In this document: piece after piece, positions 9,620-19,698 of the stretch
How positions within the stretch are numbered: position 1 is the first letter of the stretch
How the letters are laid out: each line of letters opens with the position of its first letter
Virus record (IMG/VR): IMGVR_UViG_3300028654_000001
Span: 1 to 64,000 of that record
Length of the DNA stretch: 64,000 nucleotides
Strand: one strand, 5' to 3'
Notes under the pieces: generated by a model
The model's database searches: none
The model's input: the letters and a program-made list of their open reading frames with translations, nothing else
What the model was told of the DNA's origin: nothing
Position numbers and translations under genes: made by a program

Positions 9620-9883
9620 ATGTCCCCTACCAAACAAGGACTCAGCGAGTTCCCAGACGAAGAAGTCTTGACTGGAAAGCAAGAGGTTCTTACCAAGGTT
9701 TTGGTACTTATCTCTGAGCTTGGGTCAGAGTCTGAGAAACTGTTCGCACTTCTTCAGACCGGTGGACTAACCCAAGGTATTAGTGGAAAGGTCACAGATC
9801 ACTTGTTCAACATCAATCAGATCGTCCAGAGCATTGAGGGTTTCTTGGGGGTTTACCACCAAGTCTACTCAAGAGACGAATAG
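9620..9883 (+). CDS. Hypothetical helical protein
   Basis: Plausible ORF; overlaps the 3' end of a convergent gene. Confidence 0.5.
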   Translation: MSPTKQGLSEFPDEEVLTGKQEVLTKVLVLISELGSESEKLFALLQTGGLTQGISGKVTDHLFNINQIVQSIEGFLGVYHQVYSRDE

Positions 9884-10112
9884 GATTCACGCTAAGATCA
9901 ACCTCACCTGTCACTGGATGCTCATACCCGACTATCTCTTTACATGTAGAACATATGAGTGTGCAATAAGGTCTAATCTCTAACCTAAGTAAAGACCACC
10001 TCCACCTCTGAACTTGTCCACGTAAGAATGGGTCAAAAGGAGAGGCACCGCAATGAGGACAGCTCTCGATTGGTGAGGGTTTGTCTAGAAGAACAGCGCA
10101 TTCAATCGGCAT
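9813..10112 (-). CDS. Small Zn-ribbon protein
   Basis: CPHCG...CSTC; ATG 10112 lies inside the tag region of the upstream gene. Confidence 0.55.
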   Translation of the reverse strand: MPIECAVLLDKPSPIESCPHCGASPFDPFLRGQVQRWRWSLLRLEIRPYCTLICSTCKEIVGYEHPVTGEVDLSVNPIRLLSRLGGKPPRNPQCSGRSD

Positions 10113-10578
10113 CGTCAAGAACCCTCTCGAATCGAGTTCGGGGTTCAACAATAATCCCGTCAGCGATCAACTCAGCTTTGAATGGAGATCCATAGGGGGT
10201 ACTGATAAGAAACTCCTTCAAGGCCTTCAAGATCCGTACATCATTGTCGATCAAGTTCCCTCGAACGAACACATCACCATTGCCCCTAAACCTCAATACC
10301 TCAATACCCTCGGTGACACAGAAGATGAGATCACCGGGGGCACTGAAAGCTTCTTGTGACTGAATTAGTAAACCCTCTGGAGCAGCTAGTGCCTCCACTT
10401 CCCAGGTATCTGCCAACAAGGCCTCTGCTGTTGGAAACCACCTCTCATTTCGAGAGGCTGAAGCTTCCCATATGAAGTCAGGAGGTTCACTCCGCGTGAG
10501 GCTTATCCAGAACTTATTCGGATCTTGCCGCATGCGGCGCCCAGCTTTTAGATATCCTAGAGCTTGAGAGAAGTTCAT
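10102..10578 (-). CDS. DUF2829 domain protein with C-terminal TRFERVL tag
   Basis: MNFSQALGYLKAGRRMR...WFPTAEALLADTWE; ends EPRTRFERVLDDAD. Confidence 0.8.
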   Translation of the reverse strand: MNFSQALGYLKAGRRMRQDPNKFWISLTRSEPPDFIWEASASRNERWFPTAEALLADTWEVEALAAPEGLLIQSQEAFSAPGDLIFCVTEGIEVLRFRGNGDVFVRGNLIDNDVRILKALKEFLISTPYGSPFKAELIADGIIVEPRTRFERVLDDAD

Positions 10579-11099
10579 GAAGCTAACCTTGAGTACAATG
10601 CATGAAAGAGAGTCTCTATGTACAACCTCTGGTCTTCTGTTACAGCTGGGTACCCGTGCAAATTAACATGCAACCGTACCGCCCGGACCATCTCTAAATC
10701 GGCCCCCCCATTAGGCAATGGCCCAATTTCATCATTTAGTACATTTAGTAATCTCTCACAACCTTCAAGCATCTCTCTGAAGGTTGCTTTCCCACTCGAG
10801 TACTCTTGCCCATACTCCGAACAAGTTCTGCATCTGTGGGGGACTGGTCCGTAGGGCCCCTGACACTGAGGGGCATCTTTAATACAACCTACCTGCAAGG
10901 TTCGTTGTTCTGAAACCTCCCTTGCCTTTGGACCCTCGATTGGACGTCTCCAAAGAACCGTAACACCTATTGTGGTAAGCGTTATCTTGGACTTGTAGAT
11001 CCTCCAATCACCTCCAAGAGGGGGCTCTAACTTCCCCGTTGCTGAATAATACAGGAGATGGTATTCGTAAATGGGCTCTGGCATGGAATCATCAATCAT
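10575..11099 (-). CDS. Hypothetical protein
   Basis: Overlap-coupled within the minus-strand run. Confidence 0.65.
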   Translation of the reverse strand: MIDDSMPEPIYEYHLLYYSATGKLEPPLGGDWRIYKSKITLTTIGVTVLWRRPIEGPKAREVSEQRTLQVGCIKDAPQCQGPYGPVPHRCRTCSEYGQEYSSGKATFREMLEGCERLLNVLNDEIGPLPNGGADLEMVRAVRLHVNLHGYPAVTEDQRLYIETLFHALYSRLAS

Positions 11100-11847
11100 T
11101 CAGGTCACTTAGGTCAAGTTTCAGATCTTCGTTTAGTGGGTTTGGAGGTGGGGTAGTAGGGCGAGGGACTTCCTCAAATGGGTTCGTTGGGAGTTGCCAA
11201 TCAATTGGGGCGAGGTCTTTCCGAAGCAATGCTTGATTGGTTCTTGAGAAGTGTCTGCAGCCATAGAATCCTTGATAGGCTCCTAGGGGTGATGGGTGGG
11301 ATGATGCTAGCACTACATGGTGTTCTGTACTGATCATCTCGGCTTTTGACTTTGCATCGTTTCCCCACAACAGAAATACGATCCTCTTCTCTCGAGCGGC
11401 CAAGACCTTGATCACCCTACTAGTAAAGGTCTCCCACCCTAACTTGCGATGAGATCCAGGCTCTCCTTGACGGACAGTTAGTACGGTGTTCAACAAGAAC
11501 ACCCCTTGTTTAGCCCAAGCCATCAAGTACCCGTGGTCGACTGGCTTCACTCCGAGGTCGTCTCGAAGCTCCTTGTAGATCCCGCGCAGTGATGGTGGGG
11601 GGTTTACCTTGGGGAGGACTGAGAACGCCAACCCATGAGCTTGACCTGGACCGTGATATGGATCCTGACCCAAGATCACTACAGAAACCTCGTCGAGTGG
11701 AGTCATATCAAAAGCTGTGAACACCTTCCCAACAGGCGGGTAAATGACAGACTTTTCTCGTTCAGCTTTGATGAAGGAAGTCAACTCAATGAAGTATGAC
11801 TTCCTCATCTCATCAGAGAGAGCTTCAATCCAGGACTCGTGCATCAC
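11092..11847 (-). CDS. ung: Uracil-DNA glycosylase, family 1
   Basis: ILGQDPYH, GLAFSV, LLNTVLTV and HPSPL motifs. Confidence 0.97.
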   Translation of the reverse strand: MMHESWIEALSDEMRKSYFIELTSFIKAEREKSVIYPPVGKVFTAFDMTPLDEVSVVILGQDPYHGPGQAHGLAFSVLPKVNPPPSLRGIYKELRDDLGVKPVDHGYLMAWAKQGVFLLNTVLTVRQGEPGSHRKLGWETFTSRVIKVLAAREKRIVFLLWGNDAKSKAEMISTEHHVVLASSHPSPLGAYQGFYGCRHFSRTNQALLRKDLAPIDWQLPTNPFEEVPRPTTPPPNPLNEDLKLDLSDLND

Positions 11848-12125
11848 TAATTCAATCGAGTGTCAGTTGGATTTTCGGGTATGTCAAGAAGCCCTATAGC
11901 GAACTTGTTGAATCGATCACGCTCTTCTTGACCCCTAGTTTGGAGGTGTTGAATGTACTCTTCTTTTATTTTCAGGATGTTTTTGGCAAGACGGGCCTCA
12001 GAGCGGTAGAGCTCTATCTTCTGCCAGATGAACAGTACTGGTACTAATCCGAATAAAACCCCGCATCCTACGAGGAAGACTTGGGCTATACCTGGGGTGA
12101 CCCTCAAGGCCTCATCAAAGTTCAT
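11847..12125 (-). CDS. Small membrane protein
   Basis: Single hydrophobic segment; coupled to ung. Confidence 0.6.
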   Translation of the reverse strand: MNFDEALRVTPGIAQVFLVGCGVLFGLVPVLFIWQKIELYRSEARLAKNILKIKEEYIQHLQTRGQEERDRFNKFAIGLLDIPENPTDTRLN

Positions 12126-12391
12126 CGGTCACCAGCGGCGAAGTCTGAGTAGAGCATTTTGGTGTCAGCCTCGAAAATGTCATAGTAGTCGATATTCGCG
12201 AATCGAGTCTTGCAGGTACCGCCTTCAGTACTCTCTTCCCACACTCGACGAGCAACTTCGTAAGAAACGTTAGCTTCGATGTCGATCCAATTGTTGTCGA
12301 ACCCGTCGTAAAGTCGTACAGTGTAGAGCTTTCCAGGCAAACCAGCAGCACAGGTCTTTGGCTTATTGACTGGCTTCTCAGGTTCAGACAT
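12122..12391 (-). CDS. Hypothetical protein
   Basis: Start moved to ATG 12391; CGGTGTA 15 nt upstream; YTVRLYDGFDNNWIDI...IDYYDIF. Confidence 0.7.
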   Translation of the reverse strand: MSEPEKPVNKPKTCAAGLPGKLYTVRLYDGFDNNWIDIEANVSYEVARRVWEESTEGGTCKTRFANIDYYDIFEADTKMLYSDFAAGDR

Positions 12392-12417
12392 AGCCTGAGT
12401 ATAGACTACACCGGGTA

Positions 12418-12810
12418 CTAACGGCAAATGCTTTCAACAAGCCGAGATCTCAGGAAGTTCTGATACGAAGCACGATCGGTCAGGCGCTCATCAAGTACCC
12501 GCTCTGGATGATCTAAGTGAGCACAATCAAGTACTTCCAGATACAAACCAAACTCCTTAATGAACCTCAAATTGATCTTGGTTAGGGCCCCTCCTACCTC
12601 TAACTCAAGAAACTCGTTGAAGTCACCGGTGTTTTTTGGGTGTTCCTGAAAGGACATCTTTGCTATTACCGGTTTCTCACCTGAAAGCGACTCAACCTCT
12701 CTCAGCGACTGCAGCATAAATTCCCAGGCTTCTTTATGAGTAAGTGAGTCAACTTTAGGCCGGGTAGGTGGTACAGTAAGAGCTCGTAGGGATTGCATCT
12801 GATTGCCCAT
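12418..12810 (-). CDS. Hypothetical protein
   Basis: 130-aa ORF in the co-oriented run. Confidence 0.6.
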   Translation of the reverse strand: MGNQMQSLRALTVPPTRPKVDSLTHKEAWEFMLQSLREVESLSGEKPVIAKMSFQEHPKNTGDFNEFLELEVGGALTKINLRFIKEFGLYLEVLDCAHLDHPERVLDERLTDRASYQNFLRSRLVESICR

Positions 12811-13137
12811 TACGGTCTAACAAGGAATTCCTCCTTTAGTACCAACTTCAAGTATTCGGCAAGTTAGGTTGAAGATCTATGTGGCACTCACACAACACCC
12901 GGATCTATTATGGATGATTCTTAAGGTGTGAGTTCGAACAGGTAGAGGGTACTCCAAACCCTAAACTTGATTTCAGCATAAGTCTCTGGCTCAACGTCGT
13001 ATCGGTTGTGTGGATTTGGGTGCCAATGGCGCAGTTGCCAAACAAGTCTCACACTTTCCTAATAATTAACCGGCTATACTAAAACCCACTAGACCTAATA
13101 CACTTTGAGAAAGACCTTATGAGCCATTCCTAAAAAC

Positions 13138-14634
13138 ATGACGGTCGAGAGATTCTCCAATCAAGCCTCAACCACATTATTTACCTCTGTAGGTACTGGA
13201 GATCTTAGTATCTCAGTTCAGGCTACAACCAACTTCCCAGGCTCACCCGAGTTCAGGATCAGAATCGGTCAAGAACTCATGTTGGTGACCGGAGTCTCTG
13301 GTACCACTTGGACGGTAACCAGGGGGATTGAAGGAACAACCCCAGCTTCACATGCACCAGGTTCGATCGTCGTAGCGGTACTGACCTCGGGTGCACTTAC
13401 TGAGATGAGGGCTGAGATCGAAGCTGAGATCCCTTCGGGTACAATTCAGACCACTGATCCTCGCCTGGCCGATGATCGAACAGCTTCAGGAATCCGAACA
13501 GAAACAACCGTTGTAGCTATCTCTTCAGCAACAGCACCTACTCCTGGACAAGTCCTGACTGCTACGAGTGGAACTGCTGCTGACTGGAAGACCGTACCGA
13601 CACCACCAACCATCACTAGCCATGGTTCTGCAGCAGCCGGTGATGTTGTTCGACTCGTCTCTGCCGAAGTCCTTGCTCAGGCCCTGGCTGACTCTACTAG
13701 TCATGCTTCCTCGCTAATTGGTGTGTGGAATGGTGTTACTCCAGTTTCATTCTCTACTCAGCCTGTTGTAAATTTTGATTCTTCCCCAATCGTTGGAGCC
13801 CCATGTTATGTTTCAGCATCCGTTGCAGGAGCATTAACCTGCACAATCCCTGGCGTAGGCTACGTTAGTGTACCGCAGGACTTGTTGGTACTCGAAGATA
13901 AGTCTGTTGGGACAGCTTACGCAGCCAGGGTTGGGATCAATAAAGCTATGACAGGATCTCTGTCGGCTCGTGATGATTTCAAGCGCTATGCAGCACAACT
14001 AACTGGAATGAACCTAGCCAAGGCTGAGTTTTTTGGAAGTGACTTTACCGCAAGTGAACTACAAGATACTGGTACTGGTCCGATGCTCCCTCTTACATTT
14101 GGAACGTGGACTCAGCCGTGCCTACCCAGTTCTCAATATTCTAGTATTTATACGAACACAGCTGGAACAGTATTGTCCGTCAAAAAAGTTCTACCTGCTG
14201 CAAATCTAGCAACACAGAAGTGGGCAATGAGTGTGCGCTTTAGACAAGATGTTGCTGGCTACGAATTGATCCTTGCTCTTCGCCGAGCGAATGTCGATGG
14301 GGTAACTTTCACGGAGACTGCCCAAGTTGGCTTCAGTGCGTACGTAGGACATTCAACTCAACTCCTCTTTGGTGCTGGTAACTTTGACCCAGCCGACGGG
14401 GTATGGGATGTTAGGACTCCGACTGCTGCATACGGTACAATTGGCGTAACTTGGCATCAAGGCGTGATGTACTCGAAGGGTGATGGCAACATTTATTGTA
14501 ATTTAGATAATGCTGGGGTACTGTCTTTGCCGATAGCTCCATCGGCGGCTACAGGAATGGTGGAGCTCTGGTGCAATACCAACAGCCTGCAAATGGATTG
14601 GCTGTACCTGGTCAACGAGAGAGTGGACTACTAA
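13138..14634 (+). CDS. Tail fibre / receptor-binding protein paralogue 1
   Basis: N-terminal ~97 aa shared with 19699 and 61132 (ERFxNQAST...PEFRIRIGQELML...VTRGxEGTT); Thr/Ser/Gly-rich beta C-terminus. Confidence 0.75.
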   Translation: MTVERFSNQASTTLFTSVGTGDLSISVQATTNFPGSPEFRIRIGQELMLVTGVSGTTWTVTRGIEGTTPASHAPGSIVVAVLTSGALTEMRAEIEAEIPSGTIQTTDPRLADDRTASGIRTETTVVAISSATAPTPGQVLTATSGTAADWKTVPTPPTITSHGSAAAGDVVRLVSAEVLAQALADSTSHASSLIGVWNGVTPVSFSTQPVVNFDSSPIVGAPCYVSASVAGALTCTIPGVGYVSVPQDLLVLEDKSVGTAYAARVGINKAMTGSLSARDDFKRYAAQLTGMNLAKAEFFGSDFTASELQDTGTGPMLPLTFGTWTQPCLPSSQYSSIYTNTAGTVLSVKKVLPAANLATQKWAMSVRFRQDVAGYELILALRRANVDGVTFTETAQVGFSAYVGHSTQLLFGAGNFDPADGVWDVRTPTAAYGTIGVTWHQGVMYSKGDGNIYCNLDNAGVLSLPIAPSAATGMVELWCNTNSLQMDWLYLVNERVDY

Positions 14635-15707
14635 TGCAGGTCCTAGCACCAAATCCATCGCATAGTCGTTGGAACCTGACTAGTTCCCAGTGGGCTGCTG
14701 CACAAGCTGCTTGGGTGACCTATCTATACCCTTCGGGTATACCAGCTACTGGGGTGTCAACAATTACGAATAATTATTTGGTCAACCCTCTACCCATAGG
14801 CTGTGCATCCATTACCCAGTATTCGATTGCAAAACCTGGTGGTCGTGTATGCACAGAACCAGGGTTAGCTTATCTGTTGCACCCAATAACTTCACCAACC
14901 GGAACATGCCTATCATTGCAAGCGGGCCATGGGGGTTGGGTCAACTACACACCAGATGCCGGAGTTGAGACAGTCGATAATAGCATCATCTGTAGAGCTC
15001 TAGCACTTGGCTGGCGTGTTCTTGTAATGCCCATGCCAGATTGTGATTACGGTAATGACCTGCTACCTCAGCACATTACAATTGGTGGGGGACTGACCTC
15101 GATATCGATGCACGCCTATGGGGCCCTAGATACAGATGGTGGTCCACCAGCCGCACGGATGTTCATAGAAAGCTCAATATTAGCTGAGAATCAAGTGCAG
15201 GCTGACTATGCTCCAATACATTGGATTCATGCAGGACATTCGGGTGGGTGCTCAAGTCAGGCGATGAAACTTGCATGTCGTGTGATGGGTACCCTAGCTT
15301 ATCAATTTTGTGGCAAGCTGCCGGACTCTTTAGATACCCAACAAGCGTTGTGGGGACCAGGTGACCTTGATAATTACCCTGGAGCTGCCATGTACCTGCA
15401 CAATCTGCCCTGGGCTGGTGATACTCGTGGTTTTGTAGGTTTGGCTGCAGCTAGACCTGGGTTCAGGTATGGGGTGATGAATTCTCGGTTTGATAATACA
15501 TTCCCGGTCAGTGACCATAATTGGGGAGCATGGTTTGAAGAGTACGCAACATTGGATGCATGTGTGAAGAGTGCTGGTGGAACGGTGTTTGCATTTGAGG
15601 ACCTTACCGGTGGAGACCCTGTATCCCGCACAGGTGGGCATGAATTCACAAAGGTTCGGCTAGACTGGATGTTCAACGACATTAATACCCAGCTGGGGGA
15701 AATCTAG
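14634..15707 (+). CDS. Alpha/beta-hydrolase fold protein (esterase-like)
   Basis: GHSGG nucleophile elbow, candidate Asp in SRFDNTF, C-terminal GGHEF; TAATG-coupled to the fibre gene. Confidence 0.65.
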   Translation: MQVLAPNPSHSRWNLTSSQWAAAQAAWVTYLYPSGIPATGVSTITNNYLVNPLPIGCASITQYSIAKPGGRVCTEPGLAYLLHPITSPTGTCLSLQAGHGGWVNYTPDAGVETVDNSIICRALALGWRVLVMPMPDCDYGNDLLPQHITIGGGLTSISMHAYGALDTDGGPPAARMFIESSILAENQVQADYAPIHWIHAGHSGGCSSQAMKLACRVMGTLAYQFCGKLPDSLDTQQALWGPGDLDNYPGAAMYLHNLPWAGDTRGFVGLAAARPGFRYGVMNSRFDNTFPVSDHNWGAWFEEYATLDACVKSAGGTVFAFEDLTGGDPVSRTGGHEFTKVRLDWMFNDINTQLGEI

Positions 15708-15792
15708 CTGAGTACTAAAAATGATAGTGCAGTCAGTATTTTGAACAAGCACAAGTATTGGATATCTCTAGTCCTGTGAGCTAGAGATATCT

Positions 15793-16077
15793 TCACCCTG
15801 TTAGCTTTGGTGATTCCGCTGGAATCAGTTCGTTGATCCACCCACTCAAGATCGGTAGTAGTGCGGTGACTTCCTCGCGTGTGAGACGCTTGGCATCGGA
15901 GTTCCATGCTTTCCCAAGAGCTGAAACCCCATGCCGGCGAAGAGACAGCTTCGGAGGGCCTTGCTTGTAGCTGTAAAGCCCAGCTTTAATTACACTACTT
16001 CCCCCAGTTGATTGGACCTCTCCTAGCTCTCTTACAAGCTTGTCATCGTTCGGATCATAACCTTTTGGACTTGGCAT
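15793..16077 (-). CDS. PC4/YdbC-like ssDNA-binding protein (tentative)
   Basis: ELGEV...[15 protein letters not shown]...KRLTREEV resembles the PC4-like pattern. Confidence 0.45.
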   Translation of the reverse strand: MPSPKGYDPNDDKLVRELGEVQSTGGSSVIKAGLYSYKQGPPKLSLRRHGVSALGKAWNSDAKRLTREEVTALLPILSGWINELIPAESPKLTG

Positions 16078-16080
16078 TAT

Positions 16081-16656
16081 TCAACCTCGAAGCTTGAAGG
16101 GTCTCAATTCTACATGGAGCTTACAGATCACCTTAAACGGGGTCTCTGGCTCTATAACTCGTTTTTTGTTGTTCGGGTCTGGCCGCCAATGGATCTCTGG
16201 GATTCGATCACCCTGGTAAAACATCCCAACTGGGATAGCTCGAGACACGTAAATTGGAGCTCGTTCTAGGTAGATTCCAACGAGGCCCATCATTAACTCA
16301 TCCCGCCTAGTGCAGGGGTCAAGAAACTCTCGCCCCATATTACGGATCACCGCAAAGTCCTTTACGCTGATCGTAAATGGCCCATCTCGATATTCCCAAG
16401 AAGCCTTGATCTCCTCGGGGAGAGTCTCAAGAGCGTCAGGGTCCTCCGGACAGAGAGCTTGCCACATCGCGATCTCTTCGTCGGTGGCATCTCTCCTCTC
16501 ATCCTCACAACAATGTGAAACTACTGAGAATGATTGAGGAAAGTACCCTGGGATCTTGTGAGCGAAGCCGTTGGACAAGTGGAAGCCCAGGTGATGCCGA
16601 GCTGCAATTCGTTCGAGGTTAGCCTCGTAGAGACCGTCAAACTCTATTGGTTCCAT
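16081..16656 (-). CDS. Hypothetical protein
   Basis: 191-aa ORF in the co-oriented run. Confidence 0.65.
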   Translation of the reverse strand: MEPIEFDGLYEANLERIAARHHLGFHLSNGFAHKIPGYFPQSFSVVSHCCEDERRDATDEEIAMWQALCPEDPDALETLPEEIKASWEYRDGPFTISVKDFAVIRNMGREFLDPCTRRDELMMGLVGIYLERAPIYVSRAIPVGMFYQGDRIPEIHWRPDPNNKKRVIEPETPFKVICKLHVELRPFKLRG

Positions 16657-16660
16657 GATA

Positions 16661-17533
16661 TTACTCGGTGAGCAGATCTAGTTGGTTGGATCTTACACCG
16701 GGTGTCGGATCCAACCTCTTTTGAGCCAAAGAGATGGCAACCGGGTTCTGGTCAATACCCACCCAATCACGTCCTAGGTTCTGTGCTGCCACCAGTGTTG
16801 TACCAGATCCGCACATTGGATCAAGAATACGCCCGCCAGGATTGGTGCCCAGTCGAACAACCCTATCCAGCAACTTCAAAGGCTTTTGAGTTGGGTATCC
16901 GGTGGACTCCGAGTTCAAGGGAGTGTTGGCCTTCATCGCCGAGCAATCAGTCCAAACACTCCCCATCCGGCGCCCCTTGTCTTCGTAGTACCGATAGGCC
17001 TTCCCATTGATGACTCGTTCCCGGTACCGCCTCCCTGACTCGTCGACGGACTTGAAGTGCATGTTCCGGCTGGTCTCGGCATACGGCTCTCGAACCTCTG
17101 GGTCATCCGAGTTGTAGGTGAACTCATCCCCGCGGGAGTAGACCAGGATCGTTTGGTGGGTGACACTCAGGCCCTTCTTGCCTCGAGCCCCATTCCCGGG
17201 AACCCAAATGATCTCCCCTCGAAAGTTTGGCTTGCCAAAGATATCATCCGCCAGAAGTTTGGCTTCGTGAACCCCCCTGAAGTCCAAGTGGAGCCACAAG
17301 CTACCATTGGGGTTGAGGGCAGAGTGAAGAACCCTCAACCGTGGCTCTAGCATCGAGCAGAAGCCCTCGATACCACCCCAGGAGTCTTGGTACATCACAT
17401 CACCATCCACACGTGCCCCAAAGCCACTACGAGCCGAGTGTGAGTATCCAGTATTGAATGGGGGATCAACGTAAATGAGGTCGAACAGACCCACCTTTGG
17501 AACCAGATCCAGGCAGTCACCATGGTACAACAT
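16661..17533 (-). CDS. DNA adenine methyltransferase, beta class
   Basis: IYVDPPF, YPTQKP and DPMCGSGTT motifs. Confidence 0.93.
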   Translation of the reverse strand: MLYHGDCLDLVPKVGLFDLIYVDPPFNTGYSHSARSGFGARVDGDVMYQDSWGGIEGFCSMLEPRLRVLHSALNPNGSLWLHLDFRGVHEAKLLADDIFGKPNFRGEIIWVPGNGARGKKGLSVTHQTILVYSRGDEFTYNSDDPEVREPYAETSRNMHFKSVDESGRRYRERVINGKAYRYYEDKGRRMGSVWTDCSAMKANTPLNSESTGYPTQKPLKLLDRVVRLGTNPGGRILDPMCGSGTTLVAAQNLGRDWVGIDQNPVAISLAQKRLDPTPGVRSNQLDLLTE

Positions 17534-18024
17534 CAGATCACGTCTTTACGTTCGAATCGAGTCGGGACTTTGGCGTGCACTCGAGCCTCATATTCTTCCT
17601 TGTCATGAATCTGTCTTCGAGTCTGCACAGCTATCGCTGTAGTAGCCCCCTCCTCATCCCATAAGCTCTCGAGCTGGGAAACCTCCTCTTCTGGAGAGAG
17701 ATGGTTTGCACGAATAACTTCTCTATCCCAATCATTGAAGGAAACTGGTGGGGGTTGAGGAGCCCCTTTATTCAGTTCATTCACCAGCTGCATCCTACCC
17801 GCCAAACTTCTGAGTGAGTTCCAAAGTGGGTCATCTTGTTCGATAGTGGCTAGGAGTGATCGAAGGGCTATTACCCAAATTGTTTCAGTATTGGTACAAT
17901 CGGAACAAGCAAATCCAATAGTGCGATCCCTCGGATCATCACAACAGTACACAGAATGCCTGGTCTCCTGCACATGTTGGCGGGCTGCTTGGAACAACTC
18001 AGGGAAGTTTGGATACTCTGGCAC
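17533..18024 (-). CDS. CxxC protein with C-terminal PTRFER tag; paralogue of 18032..18454
   Basis: ARQHVQE..H...DD...IGFACSDC core; ends KVPTRFERKDVI. Confidence 0.75.
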   Translation of the reverse strand: MPEYPNFPELFQAARQHVQETRHSVYCCDDPRDRTIGFACSDCTNTETIWVIALRSLLATIEQDDPLWNSLRSLAGRMQLVNELNKGAPQPPPVSFNDWDREVIRANHLSPEEEVSQLESLWDEEGATTAIAVQTRRQIHDKEEYEARVHAKVPTRFERKDVI

Positions 18025-18031
18025 AGGTCAC

Positions 18032-18454
18032 CTAAAGATGCCCATTTTGAAAGAAAAGTAAAAGGGCTCGTCTACCCACCGGGTCTTTCAGGTAGTTCTT
18101 CAGTATCCCTGTTGCTTTATTGTCTGAATCAGAGGCCCTGGTATCTCTAGCCCTAATCTCCCAAGAAAACTCAGGTACGACCTGGATGTCTTCTCCCAGA
18201 GTGCCGCGCCTCTTGATGGTGCCCATGGTCGATGCATGAGCCTCACAACAAGTCTTGCAAGCGAATCCAAATGCAATCCCTACTACATCATCAGCATAAG
18301 TCAGAGTGTGCTCTGGGTTCTCCCGAACGTGACGGTAAGCACTCCTTGCCATTCTCTCGATATCTGAGTAGGGCTCCTTTAGCACGGGCTGGGGAAGTCG
18401 GTTGGGACGTATGTCAGCCCAGAATTCTTCAAGATCCTCAAGGGGCATAGACAC
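18032..18454 (-). CDS. CxxC protein with N-terminal acidic-Trp tag
   Basis: Begins EDLEEFWADIRP; core AYRHVRE..H...DD...FGFACKTC. Confidence 0.75.
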   Translation of the reverse strand: MSMPLEDLEEFWADIRPNRLPQPVLKEPYSDIERMARSAYRHVRENPEHTLTYADDVVGIAFGFACKTCCEAHASTMGTIKRRGTLGEDIQVVPEFSWEIRARDTRASDSDNKATGILKNYLKDPVGRRALLLFFQNGHL

Positions 18455-18716
18455 TCTCCAACTGGGTGCTCTCGGCTATTTGAGCAAAGATGGCGGCATC
18501 CTCGATTGCACAGATTTCCTCCTTGGCCTTCTTGCAGATGGAGTCTACGATACCCCGCTCGGCCATAGCGAAGAGAAGATTCTGGACCAAGAGTGCCCGC
18601 CGGGCCTCCGCCTTGGAGCCCATTTTAACGAGCTCACCGAATTCGTTCTCACGCCAACCCATCAACCTGAGTCTGGCCTTGACAGCTTTTCGGTTATCTC
18701 GATGTTTGCGACCCAT
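18438..18716 (-). CDS. Hypothetical protein
   Basis: CGGTGTA 9 nt upstream of ATG 18716. Confidence 0.6.
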   Translation of the reverse strand: MGRKHRDNRKAVKARLRLMGWRENEFGELVKMGSKAEARRALLVQNLLFAMAERGIVDSICKKAKEEICAIEDAAIFAQIAESTQLESVYAP

Positions 18717-18943
18717 GACCACTAATACACCGGCGGCTCGGAACCAGAGCGGCCCGAAGCCCGAAACACACTGTTACTACAGTGTTCACGTAGGTGTGTT
18801 GTACAGTGTACTAAGCACACAATTAATCAGAACATTCAATGACTGACTGGTCAATCGGATTGTATGGTCAGTAAATGGTTGCCACTGACGGCATTTCTGG
18901 AGTAGTGTGCTGAGAACCAAACCCCTCACGCGTAATATTGAAC

Positions 18944-19264
18944 ATGGCCGCGAGCAAAGCTATTGAAGAGCAAGCAGAACGCTGGGCCAGAAACTACCCT
19001 GACTCGAGAACCCGAATCGAGAAGGCCTTAAACCTCGTTGATGGTTGTACTTACATTGGGGAGGACACTTGGGAGGTCAAAGGATCTTCAGGGACCATCT
19101 ACTTTGTCGGCGCGGATCCAGTCAGAAGGGTCTCCACCTGCACGTGCCCGGATAGCATGAACGGCAACCGGTGTAAGCATCGAATTGCTTGTGCTCTTCT
19201 CTGGGCCACGCGAGGTGCAAATAAGAACTACCCTTTCACCGACGCGAACGGTGTAAGGTACTGA
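18944..19264 (+). CDS. SWIM zinc-finger protein
   Basis: STCTCPD...RCKHRIA. Confidence 0.85.
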   Translation: MAASKAIEEQAERWARNYPDSRTRIEKALNLVDGCTYIGEDTWEVKGSSGTIYFVGADPVRRVSTCTCPDSMNGNRCKHRIACALLWATRGANKNYPFTDANGVRY

Positions 19265-19268
19265 CATC

Positions 19269-19472
19269 ATGCTTCCTAGGCCAGCCCCACCCTCAGAAAC
19301 TCACCAGCTCCTATCAATAATCCGAACCAAAGGTGATAACCTCTGTGCCGATAATTGCACCAACAAGAGGGGTGGTACTTGCACAGCCAGAGAGGTTCCA
19401 GAGAATCTCAGGTTCAATGGTGAGTTCGAACTCCACCACCGAACCAACTTCTGCAAGCTCAACTCACAGTAA
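19269..19472 (+). CDS. Small Cys-rich protein, paralogue of 23748..23978
   Basis: CxxNC...GxCTxR...G[ED]F...RTx[FY]C pattern in both; CGGTGTA upstream. Confidence 0.65.
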   Translation: MLPRPAPPSETHQLLSIIRTKGDNLCADNCTNKRGGTCTAREVPENLRFNGEFELHHRTNFCKLNSQ

Positions 19473-19698
19473 GACTTTCTCACAAGCATAGAGACGAAGC
19501 AACTGGTCGATTGAAGAATCCTGAGTGGTTCCCTATTGACATCTCTGACGTTTTTCGTCAAGAGCTACATCTTCTTTGATTTAGTTGATCCAAGCATCGA
19601 ATTGAATCCGAGATTTTCTGGTGATCTGAGGGGGTCACCGCGATCAAGTTCTTGGGAACTAAACTGGCCAATAGAGTCTCTATGGGCCTGCTTCGGGT

